From: Promethearchaeota archaeon
GTDB taxonomy: Archaea; Asgardarchaeota; Lokiarchaeia; Sigyniarchaeales; SOKP01
Reading direction: 5' to 3'
Assembly: GCA_019058365.1 (NCBI GenBank)
Contig: JAHPZE010000018.1
Coordinates: 17,801 to 81,800 of the forward strand
Length of the DNA stretch: 64,000 nucleotides
The translations under genes were made by a program, and so were the position numbers. Under the pieces are notes generated by a model. It was not told where the DNA came from, searched no databases, and saw nothing but the letters and a program-made list of their open reading frames with translations. Positions 30,824 to 39,951 of this stretch are shown here, in pieces; positions within the stretch are counted from its first letter, which is position 1; each line of letters starts with the position of its first letter.

Positions 30824-32122
30824 TTAATTATTAAAGGGCTGAAGGTCTTTATTTCCTAGATTGACTCTTCTTTTATTAATTTGATTATTAATATCTCTAT
30901 TATTAAGTATATCAATGAAATTCTTGAGTTTATTATTACTCCCTAAACCCAACATCTTTCGAACACATTCTGCAATTGCCTGAGCTAAAAGGGGGGGAAC
31001 TGAATTTCCTACTTGCTGTACTTGGCAACAAGAGAGCCTTCTTCGACTTCCTCCAGTGGTCGGAGTGCCATAAAACACATAGCTGTCAGGATAACTCTGT
31101 ATTCTAGCCATTTCTCTTATTGTAATTATTCTGTTAAGGGAATAGTGTATAAAATCTTCATTACACGAGGTAATAGTTCTGGTGGGTTTTCTAGCATACA
31201 TCCTTTGTACGGAGCTACGCTTAGTTCTATAATCTTCAGGTATATCTTCCATAGAATGACCTTGTTTAAACTGAGAAAACCTTTTCCGGGTTGTTAATGA
31301 ATGTCTTGTTGTAACATGATTATAAAGTCTATTTTTTTTCCACTGGAAATTTTCCTGAAAAGGACCATTGGGAGTTTTACTATACAACGTTGGATTCTCT
31401 TCATTATTTTTATATGCTATATCATCTAATGCTTCAAAAGCTGTTACCTTCCTCTTTACGTATGGTACTACATCATATTTTTGATTTTCCCTATTAATAA
31501 AATTCAAAATATCACTTTTACGTGTTTGATGTATTTTTGGAAAATAGATTTTTTCACATGATTTCGACCCAATAATAATAAATCTTTCACGATTTTGAGG
31601 AACTCCATAATCTGCCGAGTTTAATAATTCGAAACCGTATCTATATCCTAAAGATGTTATAGTCTTAAAAATAGTGTTTAATGTGTCATTATATTTTTTC
31701 ATTAAGAGGCCTGGTACATTTTCGAATACGAATATTTCCGGTTTTATTTCTTCTATCAATCTAAAAAATTCAAATAATAAATTATTTCTCGGATCCTGCT
31801 TATTGCGTTTTCCTCTCAAGGAAAACCCTTGACAAGGTGGACCCCCAATTATAACGTCAATATTTTCTTTTCTCTTAAATCTCTTCGCAATTCTCATTAG
31901 GATTGCATCTCCTTTGAGCGCTCGTATGTCCTCATTTAAAATTAAAAGCTTTTTTTTTAAATTAGCTCTATTTAATTCATAAGTTTTTAGGGGATCAGGG
32001 TGAAAATCAACAGCACAGACTCCCTGAAATTCTGCCTCTTCAAAACCGAGAGACATACCCCCTGCTCCACAAAAAAGATCTATAAAAGTTGGCTTCTCAA
32101 TATTAGAATCATTAATACCCAT
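30824..32122 (-). CDS. dcm: DNA (cytosine-5)-methyltransferase (DrmMII-like)
   Basis: FIDLFCGAGG, GGPPCQGFS, FENVPG, QNRER, GNSVPP. Confidence 0.93.
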   Translation of the reverse strand: MGINDSNIEKPTFIDLFCGAGGMSLGFEEAEFQGVCAVDFHPDPLKTYELNRANLKKKLLILNEDIRALKGDAILMRIAKRFKRKENIDVIIGGPPCQGFSLRGKRNKQDPRNNLLFEFFRLIEEIKPEIFVFENVPGLLMKKYNDTLNTIFKTITSLGYRYGFELLNSADYGVPQNRERFIIIGSKSCEKIYFPKIHQTRKSDILNFINRENQKYDVVPYVKRKVTAFEALDDIAYKNNEENPTLYSKTPNGPFQENFQWKKNRLYNHVTTRHSLTTRKRFSQFKQGHSMEDIPEDYRTKRSSVQRMYARKPTRTITSCNEDFIHYSLNRIITIREMARIQSYPDSYVFYGTPTTGGSRRRLSCCQVQQVGNSVPPLLAQAIAECVRKMLGLGSNNKLKNFIDILNNRDINNQINKRRVNLGNKDLQPFNN

Positions 32123-32344
32123 GATTTGCTATAATTTTTACCTGCTTTTGATTGAATTATTATCTTTGCCAGATATAAATATTGTGGTGAAATTCCATAA
32201 ATTTTTATTGTATTGAACTAATCTCTACGACAAAAATAATACTTCATTGTTATTATTAACTATTATTACTTTATTGATAATTGTATATTTAAAAACCAAC
32301 TAAAATTAAGTATATATAAAAGAAAAAAAAAAGGGGGGAAATTA

Positions 32345-32977
32345 TTGATTAAAGTTAGGACTTGGTATACTTTCGCAACAGATGTTTTAGGATATTTAAA
32401 TCCAATTTATAGGCTAGCCTTAGGTATGACTCGTGAAACTACTTCAAAAAGACTTCAAGAATCTAAGAAATTTTTAATTTGTCCTAAGGATACGCGGAGG
32501 CATCAGAAGAAAATCTTCAAATCTATTTACCACTCCCTATATGATACAAAAGATCAGATTATTCTACCTAATGATAAGTTAAAAATTCAATCCTATGGTA
32601 AAATTATAACGTCTTTTATAATCACACCTCAGGACGTTGCTGACATAGAATTCATAAAAGCTATTGGCCCATTTAGCCTTTGGACAATTGATCATATTCT
32701 AGATTATACCAAAGGAAAACAAGTCTCACAATTTGGTGTTAATACTGGATCAGTTTCAATCTTTTTAATCCGTATATTTGAGTTAAAAGAAGAAATCATT
32801 ATCCATCGCCCTACAGAGGCAGGGGTTTCAAACCAATTCTTCAATACACCTATCCCTAGTTCAGCCATCCTTAAAAATTGTAAACCTGTAATACCTGATG
32901 AAGAATTCAATGAAATTTTATCATCAATTGAATATATATACTCTCTTTACTCTTCTCTTAAGAAAAAAAATACATAA
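32345..32977 (+). CDS. DUF1802-like (PUA-like) protein
   Basis: PFSLWTIDHI...FLIRIFEL...PVIPDEEF resembles the DUF1802 C-terminal motifs. Confidence 0.45.
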   Translation: MIKVRTWYTFATDVLGYLNPIYRLALGMTRETTSKRLQESKKFLICPKDTRRHQKKIFKSIYHSLYDTKDQIILPNDKLKIQSYGKIITSFIITPQDVADIEFIKAIGPFSLWTIDHILDYTKGKQVSQFGVNTGSVSIFLIRIFELKEEIIIHRPTEAGVSNQFFNTPIPSSAILKNCKPVIPDEEFNEILSSIEYIYSLYSSLKKKNT

Positions 32978-33113
32978 GAAATATCTCAGATATCAATTAG
33001 CCTTTTACAACTTTTATTTTATTAGAATGTAACTATGGACCAATAGCTGCAATAATTGACAGATTTAATGAATAACTTTAAGAACTTTCAATTTATACCC
33101 TTCAGAATATCTC

Positions 33114-35024
33114 TCAATATTTATATTTAATTATGCTAGGCAGGGATATAATGTTGATATCTTCCATATTCCTAAATTTCCGGGTAAGAGATTCTTCAAA
33201 TGTTGTTATAATAAGTTGATTTACAAATCCTTTTTTATAAACATCGACAAGATAATCAACAATATTAATACGATTTTCTAAATTTAAATGCTCCAAGGGT
33301 TCATCAAAAATTAAGAATGGTATTTTTGTATACATTTTTAATAATACTGTTTTAATTAAAATTAACAATACCATTTTTTCTCCACCACTTATATTATCAA
33401 ACGATATTTTCTGTCTACCTTTCCTAAAAAAGGGTAAATATTTGTTATCAAAATATAATTCCCTATTCTCAAAAGGAAAAAATAATTTCCAAATATTTTT
33501 AATTTCATCAATTAAATCCTTTAAATTAATATTTCTTTGTTTACTAATAATCTCATCAATAGCTCTTTGTGTAATCTCAGTAATTAACTTACCTTTGATA
33601 TTTTTTTTATAATCTTGTTCAATTTGGAGCTTATCTTTGATTTCTTCAGCCATTTCTAATCTAGTAATTAATTCTTCTATTTCCCTTAATTTATTTTTAT
33701 ATTTCTCTTCCTTTTCCTCAATTGATTTACATTCTTTAAGAAGATCATTCTTTACTTTTTCAAAATCATCTTTTTGTGAGTTACGATATTGTAAATCTTC
33801 ATAATTCAGATCTTTGATTGATTTTATTAAATCATATAAATTTGAAATGAAATTGAATTTATCTTTTAACTTATTTTTTAAATCAATTAAAAAGTTTAAT
33901 TCTCCTTTTAAATCTGCTAATTCTTTATTCAAAATATTAGTTTGATTTAATATTTCTTGATTAATTTGTAAAAACTCATTTTTAGATAGAATTTTTTGAC
34001 AGATTGGGCAATTTAGATTTGGTTGCTCTCTAAAATTAAATTCTAAATTTTCAATTATCATTTTAACTCTATCTTTATCTTTTATTCTGAGTTCTTTTTC
34101 ATATAATTTTTCTTCAATTGAATTAATCTTGACCTTGTTTTCATCCAATTCCCTTGTTATGTTAATCCTTATCAAATCAAGGTTTTTTTTTTCTGATATA
34201 ACCTCTTTTATGTTGATTTCTTTAATATTTAGAGTATAGAAGATATCTTTATTAACGTCAAAGTAATTTTGAACTTTCTGACTTAAAAATTTGTATTCAT
34301 TATAATAACTAGATAATTCAGCAATTTTCTTCTCATTTTTAACCAATTCAGCTTCTTTTGATTTCAATTGTTCTTTTATTATATTAAGCTCTAATTTTTT
34401 TTCTTTCTGTTCTTCTTTAAGTTGAATTAAATCAAATTTTTCTTTTTTTAATTCAATATCTTTTAAAATTTTTAAATAATCTTCATTTTTTTTCTGATTT
34501 CTTTTAAAATTATTGTTTACTTCAGAAATAATTTTCTTAAATTCACTAGTTTTCCCTATTCCGATAATTGTCTCCAAATAATTGACTAATTTTTTTGAAT
34601 TTAACTGAAGAAATTCATAAACTTCACCTTCACTAGAAAAAATTATATTTTCAAAAAATACTTGGCTCGAGTCAAAGATATCTTCTAAATATCTAAGAAT
34701 CTCGTCTTTTGATTCAATTTTTTGTCCAGATTGATTTTTAATTAATCTTGAATCATATTTACCGTTAAAATTCCGAATAATTTCAAAATTTTCGTTATGG
34801 TCCTCTAATTTTAGTTTAACTTCAGTATTTCCTTTACTCCCAATTTTTTTGTACCCTTTGATATTTTTTGTTCTTACTCGCCCCAATAAACCAAAAACTA
34901 GGGCTTCTAGGAGAGAGGTTTTTCCAATTCCGTTATGACCTATAATGAAATTAACACCTTTTTCAAATCGCAGTTCTAAGGAATCATAGCATTTCCAATT
35001 CTTTAATGACAATTTATTAATCAT
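33114..35024 (-). CDS. Short Rad50/SbcC-like SMC ATPase with Zn hook
   Basis: IIGHNGIGKTS (Walker A), coiled coil with central CPIC, ISGGE signature, LIFDEP (Walker B); only 636 aa. Confidence 0.88.
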   Translation of the reverse strand: MINKLSLKNWKCYDSLELRFEKGVNFIIGHNGIGKTSLLEALVFGLLGRVRTKNIKGYKKIGSKGNTEVKLKLEDHNENFEIIRNFNGKYDSRLIKNQSGQKIESKDEILRYLEDIFDSSQVFFENIIFSSEGEVYEFLQLNSKKLVNYLETIIGIGKTSEFKKIISEVNNNFKRNQKKNEDYLKILKDIELKKEKFDLIQLKEEQKEKKLELNIIKEQLKSKEAELVKNEKKIAELSSYYNEYKFLSQKVQNYFDVNKDIFYTLNIKEINIKEVISEKKNLDLIRINITRELDENKVKINSIEEKLYEKELRIKDKDRVKMIIENLEFNFREQPNLNCPICQKILSKNEFLQINQEILNQTNILNKELADLKGELNFLIDLKNKLKDKFNFISNLYDLIKSIKDLNYEDLQYRNSQKDDFEKVKNDLLKECKSIEEKEEKYKNKLREIEELITRLEMAEEIKDKLQIEQDYKKNIKGKLITEITQRAIDEIISKQRNINLKDLIDEIKNIWKLFFPFENRELYFDNKYLPFFRKGRQKISFDNISGGEKMVLLILIKTVLLKMYTKIPFLIFDEPLEHLNLENRINIVDYLVDVYKKGFVNQLIITTFEESLTRKFRNMEDINIISLPSIIKYKY

Positions 35025-35025
35025 A

Positions 35026-35781
35026 TTATTTCACATTTTCTCCAATTTTTTTAAATTTCTTTTTTATATCTTTTCGAGAATATTTGTCTAAAAGATAATC
35101 TGTAAAAAAATCTATTATCATATTGATTTCTTTCTCATTAATTTGCATCATTATATCTTTTTTAACACCACGAAATTTCTTCGATTTATATTTAGATAAA
35201 GCCTCATTTATTAGTTTTTCAAATTCTTTAGACAAATTTAAAGCTTTCCTCTCTTGGATATCTATAACAGGAGTTTTAACTGTTTTTCCTAATAAATCTT
35301 TTCTATTAATTTCTTTTTCAAGTAAATCTTCTAATGGTAGAAGATTATCAATGATGTTTTCAATAATAATCTCAGCAGGGGCACTTAGATCTTCATCTTT
35401 TAATAATAAAGAGCTTAGATTCTTATCATCCCATACAACTATTATTCCAATTTGGTTTAGATTTTCATTAAAAAGCTTTTTATATTCAACTAATTCATTT
35501 ATATTAAGTTTAGGTTGTTTTTTATTAATTACAAAAAAAAGGTATTCCCTAGAACTTATTGAGATAATAAACGAAAAAGGTAAAACTTCAGTTGTTTCGG
35601 GTAAGAATCTAGATAAATTAATCTCTAAGACTTTTATATTATGATTTGAAGTCAACATTTCTTGTACTCTGTTAAAAAACTTTATGAAGCTATTCATTTT
35701 TTCATAATTATCAAGAAATTTACTCTCTAAATCTACTAATTCTTCAGGAGATTTAAACTGCTTTCTACTCAAATATTTCAA
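35026..35781 (-). CDS. Hypothetical protein translationally coupled between PIN and SMC genes
   Basis: 251 aa ORF; 4-nt overlap with upstream gene and 1-nt gap to the SMC gene. Confidence 0.7.
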   Translation of the reverse strand: MKYLSRKQFKSPEELVDLESKFLDNYEKMNSFIKFFNRVQEMLTSNHNIKVLEINLSRFLPETTEVLPFSFIISISSREYLFFVINKKQPKLNINELVEYKKLFNENLNQIGIIVVWDDKNLSSLLLKDEDLSAPAEIIIENIIDNLLPLEDLLEKEINRKDLLGKTVKTPVIDIQERKALNLSKEFEKLINEALSKYKSKKFRGVKKDIMMQINEKEINMIIDFFTDYLLDKYSRKDIKKKFKKIGENVK

Positions 35782-36611
35782 CCTCCTTCCATTTTCTCTT
35801 TTTCAGTTCTTGCATTATAATACTCATTAGTAGACCAACTATAAAATGGTGTCAATTTAGTTTCTCTCATTTTTGGATTATTAATTTTAATATTATTCAT
35901 AAAAAAAAATCTACCAAAACCCTCTAAGTTATCAAATTTACAGCATTTAAAAACTTTGGTCATATATGATAGCGCAGTAATAGGAATTATATGCAAATTA
36001 TTAAAGACTTCACCATTCAAATCTATTCTATTTTCTTCATTTATATGATTTATTAATGCATATAAGCTAGTATCATCAGTTACAAATAATAATCCATTTG
36101 CTAAAATTCTCTCTTTTAAAATTTCTAAAGCTGCTATTAATAGTGTTAAATCATTAATTTCCACTATCTTACTAATCCCTTTTTGGTTAAGAAACATATT
36201 AGAGATCTCTTCAATTGGTTCGATTAAATTGTTATTTATGGTTTTAATATTCAAAGAATTCTTAATTAAATTAACAAAATCCATTTGATATTGTCTCGCA
36301 AGAACACTAAGATAAGGCACTTTTTCTGAAATTGTTCTTCTATATTCCTCATTAAATACTTGATTTGAGCAATAAATCTTTTGATTGCTACACTCATATA
36401 AGTTAGCTATAAAAATCTTAAAATCTTTTAAGACTTCTCTATAAGGACGTTTTATATTTTCAGTGATGCAATTTAAGTAATTAATAAAAAAATTTGTATC
36501 AAAAATCGTAGTTCTTTTGTTTTCACAGTTTCTATTGATCCTATCACATAGAGCCAAAGTTATCATCTTGAAATATATTTTGGATCTTACCCTAAAGTAT
36601 ATTATTTCCAA
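35778..36611 (-). CDS. PIN-domain protein (putative RNase)
   Basis: TIFDTNFFI...VFNEE...NDLTLL...FVTDD acidic PIN motifs. Confidence 0.6.
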   Translation of the reverse strand: MEIIYFRVRSKIYFKMITLALCDRINRNCENKRTTIFDTNFFINYLNCITENIKRPYREVLKDFKIFIANLYECSNQKIYCSNQVFNEEYRRTISEKVPYLSVLARQYQMDFVNLIKNSLNIKTINNNLIEPIEEISNMFLNQKGISKIVEINDLTLLIAALEILKERILANGLLFVTDDTSLYALINHINEENRIDLNGEVFNNLHIIPITALSYMTKVFKCCKFDNLEGFGRFFFMNNIKINNPKMRETKLTPFYSWSTNEYYNARTEKEKMEGG

Positions 36612-36696
36612 TTAATCACAATTAAAAAATATAAACATTTTTTCTAATTTACTTGCTTACAGCCTTCACAGGTGTAATAATTGCTATGGCTAAATT

Positions 36697-36711
36697 TTCG
36701 TGAAATAACCG
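36697..36711 (+). repeat. Recombination-site-like half site, type A (arm on left)
   Basis: TTCGTGAAA-TAACCG, intergenic. Confidence 0.85.
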
Positions 36712-36837
36712 CATTAATCATAAAAGATTTTTACTTATATAATCAGAATCTTTATACATTTTTGTAATATCCTTTATTGAAGTCCCCTTTCCCCATGAAT
36801 TAAAGTTTATATTGAATACTTTTTTTAATAACAAGGT

Positions 36838-37857
36838 ATGCTTTTATTATCAATTCTATTTCTTATATTAGGATTTTTTGGGTTATATTTTGGTGCTAAG
36901 TTTGTCATAATTAGCCTTGAAAATATTGCAGATCGCTTAAATATTAGTCATATAATGGTAGGGCTAACAATTTTATCGATTGGGACTAGCTTACCTGAAA
37001 TTGCTGTTAGCATAATGGGGGGTATTGATAAGATTTTGGGTATTGATCCTTACATTGATGGAATAGTTATAGGAAATAAAGTTGGTTCTTTTTTGACTCA
37101 AATCACTTTAATTATTGGAATTTTAGCAGTAAGCCAACCGATTTTCGTTAGTAAATGGGAATTGAGAAGAGAAGGACCTATGCTTTTTATTTCTATATTG
37201 ATTTTTCTTTTTTTCTCTTTGGATGGAATTCTTACTCAATTTGAGGCACTCCTAATGATAATAATATATCTTATTTATCTAATTTTTGTAATTTGGAGTG
37301 AGAAACGTTTACAAAAAATTAAAGTAGATTCTAATTATATTGAAAAAGAACGTTTAGATGCTGTAAGTTTTGAACCAGTTAAGAGTCCTCGTAAAAAATC
37401 ATCAACACTTAGAGATATAGGTATTTTTCTTTTTGGTCTTAGTATATTAATAATTGCAGCAGAGTCCACATTACTTTCAGCGCATGATCTATCAAGAGAA
37501 TTTCACATTCCTGAAAATGTAATTGGTATATTAATTGTTGGATTTGGCACAAGTTTACCGGAACTTGTTGCTGACTTAACCGCTATTAGGAGAGGATCAT
37601 TCGGAATCGCAGTAGGGGATATATTAGGTTCCAATATATGTGATATCTTATTAGCCACAGGATCAGGCGCAATTCTAATTAATTTTAATGTTCCCCTGAT
37701 AATTCTGGTTTTTGATATGCCCGTTCTATTATTGGCGTTAATTTTACTTATTTATTTCTTATGGAGTAAGAAAATACTTAAAAGATGGGAAGGAGCTTTA
37801 TTAATCGGATTTTATGGCGTTTATGCAATTTTAAAATTAGTAATGTTTCAAATTTAA
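36838..37857 (+). CDS. Ca2+/Na+ antiporter (CaCA, YrbG-like)
   Basis: Two GTSLPE alpha-repeats, GNKVGS/GDILGSN, ~10 TM segments. Confidence 0.92.
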   Translation: MLLLSILFLILGFFGLYFGAKFVIISLENIADRLNISHIMVGLTILSIGTSLPEIAVSIMGGIDKILGIDPYIDGIVIGNKVGSFLTQITLIIGILAVSQPIFVSKWELRREGPMLFISILIFLFFSLDGILTQFEALLMIIIYLIYLIFVIWSEKRLQKIKVDSNYIEKERLDAVSFEPVKSPRKKSSTLRDIGIFLFGLSILIIAAESTLLSAHDLSREFHIPENVIGILIVGFGTSLPELVADLTAIRRGSFGIAVGDILGSNICDILLATGSGAILINFNVPLIILVFDMPVLLLALILLIYFLWSKKILKRWEGALLIGFYGVYAILKLVMFQI

Positions 37858-37963
37858 TCAACACCATTTTTTTTTAACGATATAAGAAAAAGATCAAAAA
37901 AGTTAAGGCAATTATTCCTCATTTTCATCAATTTCTTTGTTAGCTTCTTAAATTAAAAAATTG

Positions 37964-37978
37964 TTCGTGAAACGGTTA
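37964..37978 (+). repeat. Half site, type B (arm on left)
   Basis: TTCGTGAAA-CGGTTA, intergenic. Confidence 0.85.
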
Positions 37979-38166
37979 TAAACTAAAAAGCTAATCTTAA
38001 AGGATTTGACTATTGTGTTAAAAATCCTTATTTTTTTAAATTGATTTTAAGACTTCCGATAAATGTTGATAAATCAAAATTTAATTGGAGTAAAAATTAA
38101 TTAACATCTCTCTTTATAAAAGACTTAAATGAAACGTTTTTTATTTGTGAAAAAAGAGTAACAATT

Positions 38167-38829
38167 ATGCAAAATAAAGAATTGGATAAGATATCAAATA
38201 AACCGAATATCAACGCAACAAGGTTAGGAGTATCATCACTCGGAAGCCTCGGGGGATTGATTAGTATCGAGCATGGCATTTTTGAGACGGCTCAGGGGAA
38301 TACCCCCACATCTGGAATAATAATAAATGCAATAGCTCCAGGACATTGGTATTGGAAAGAAGGAGGAGAACTTGCTATGACAATTATTCCGAATTTTTTA
38401 ATTACCGGAATAGTTGCTATAATCATTGGTATTATCGTAATAATTTGGTCAATTAGATTTGTACAAGAAAGATATGGAGCGCTGGGGTTGTTTACTCTTA
38501 CCGTATTAACCTTATTATTCGGAGGAGGGATTGCTTTTTTTATTATTGGGATTATAATCTCTATTATTGCATTACAAATCAATAAATCTCATACATGGTG
38601 GGATATTCATCTTTCAAATAATGTAAAGAAGTATTGTACCAAATTTTGGCTTCCTTTATTTAGCATTACAATTATAATACTTGTATTTTTAGTTTTAGGA
38701 GGGATGTTAGGTGTATGGTTCTTAGAGCCAAATATTGCTACAATTTTACTGACCAATGTTGGCTTAATATCAATTGGACTAATTATCTTTACAATCATCT
38801 TTGGTTTTATACATGATATTAAGAAATAA
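38167..38829 (+). CDS. Multi-pass membrane protein of unknown function
   Basis: 220 aa, ~6 hydrophobic segments, EHGIFETAQGN motif. Confidence 0.75.
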   Translation: MQNKELDKISNKPNINATRLGVSSLGSLGGLISIEHGIFETAQGNTPTSGIIINAIAPGHWYWKEGGELAMTIIPNFLITGIVAIIIGIIVIIWSIRFVQERYGALGLFTLTVLTLLFGGGIAFFIIGIIISIIALQINKSHTWWDIHLSNNVKKYCTKFWLPLFSITIIILVFLVLGGMLGVWFLEPNIATILLTNVGLISIGLIIFTIIFGFIHDIKK

Positions 38830-38856
38830 ATCCAAAATTTAATTTTATTAAATTAT

Positions 38857-38871
38857 ATCGTAAAATAACCG
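38857..38871 (+). repeat. Half site, type A (arm on left)
   Basis: ATCGTAAAA-TAACCG, intergenic. Confidence 0.8.
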
Positions 38872-39009
38872 AATAATATAATTCAATTATTAAAAACTTA
38901 ACTTGAATCTACATTTTATTTATTAATTTTAATTGATAATAATTCTTTAAGGAGCTTGAATTTATTACCCTAATAATTTATGTGAATATTGAAAAATTAG
39001 AAAATAAGA

Positions 39010-39315
39010 ATGAATATAATGAAGAAAAATAAAGATGAAATTCTCAATACGCTTAAAAATATAAAAAATGATATTAATCAAAGATTTCGAGTAAAAACAA
39101 TTGGATTATTTGGTTCTTTTGTTAATAATAGGCAAAAAAATACAAGTGATATTGATTTTTTAGTAGAGTTTGAAGAGGATGCAGATCTATTTCATCTTAT
39201 TGGCCTTTCACATTATTTAGAAGAGATTTTTCACACAAGAGTGGATGTTATTTCGAAACCAACTCTAAAAGAAGATTTAAAACAGCATATCCTTCAAGAG
39301 GTTATATATGAATAA
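39010..39315 (+). CDS. Minimal nucleotidyltransferase (MNT) antitoxin
   Basis: IGLFGSFV...SDIDFLVEF...VDVIS. Confidence 0.9.
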   Translation: MNIMKKNKDEILNTLKNIKNDINQRFRVKTIGLFGSFVNNRQKNTSDIDFLVEFEEDADLFHLIGLSHYLEEIFHTRVDVISKPTLKEDLKQHILQEVIYE

Positions 39316-39646
39316 AAATTTACCTATCTATTTGAAAGATATAAAGACAGCTATTATTAGTATCGAAAAATTTATTGAAGGATTGGATTTTGAACAATTT
39401 AAATTAGATGATAAAACTTCAAGTGCCGTAATTCGTAAATTTGAAATTATTGGAGAAGCTACAAAAAATGTTCCTGATGCTATTAGAAAGCAATATCCTC
39501 AAATTCCGTGGAAAGATATCACGGGAATGCGAGATAAGTTGATTCATGCTTATTCTGAAGTTGATTTAAAATTGGTTTGGACAACAATCCATCAAAGATT
39601 ACCAAATCTTAAATCTATTATTGAAAAGTTGATTGAAAAAGGATAA
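39308..39646 (+). CDS. HEPN/DUF86 toxin (HepT-like)
   Basis: SAVIRKFEIIGEA...IPWKDITGMRDKLIHAY; overlaps the MNT gene. Confidence 0.92.
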   Translation: MNKNLPIYLKDIKTAIISIEKFIEGLDFEQFKLDDKTSSAVIRKFEIIGEATKNVPDAIRKQYPQIPWKDITGMRDKLIHAYSEVDLKLVWTTIHQRLPNLKSIIEKLIEKG

Positions 39647-39721
39647 ATAGTGTATTCTCAAATTTCTAAAATATTTTATGTTTAAGGGATATTATTGAGA
39701 TGTATTCCAATATTATGTTTA

Positions 39722-39736
39722 TTCGCGAAACGGTTA
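39722..39736 (+). repeat. Half site, type B (arm on left)
   Basis: TTCGCGAAA-CGGTTA, intergenic. Confidence 0.8.
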
Positions 39737-39951
39737 TTGCCCAAAAAAGTATAAAATTCATACTATTCTTGAAATCATGTATGGAAAAGGAAATTCAGAG
39801 CTTGTAAGAAACAATTTAATGTTGATATCCTTTAAAATAATTGGTACTTTGTTCATTCTCACTTCTTTTAATCCTAATATTTGAAAGTCGATTTTAACTT
39901 AATATTTACACTTTAGTTAAATATATATTATTTAAATTTTTTGTTATTTTC

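Noticed and set aside
33114-35024. Housekeeping rad50 of the archaeal herA-mre11-rad50-nurA operon
   Set aside because: The protein is short, none of the partner genes is adjacent, and it is coupled to a PIN gene in a defence island.
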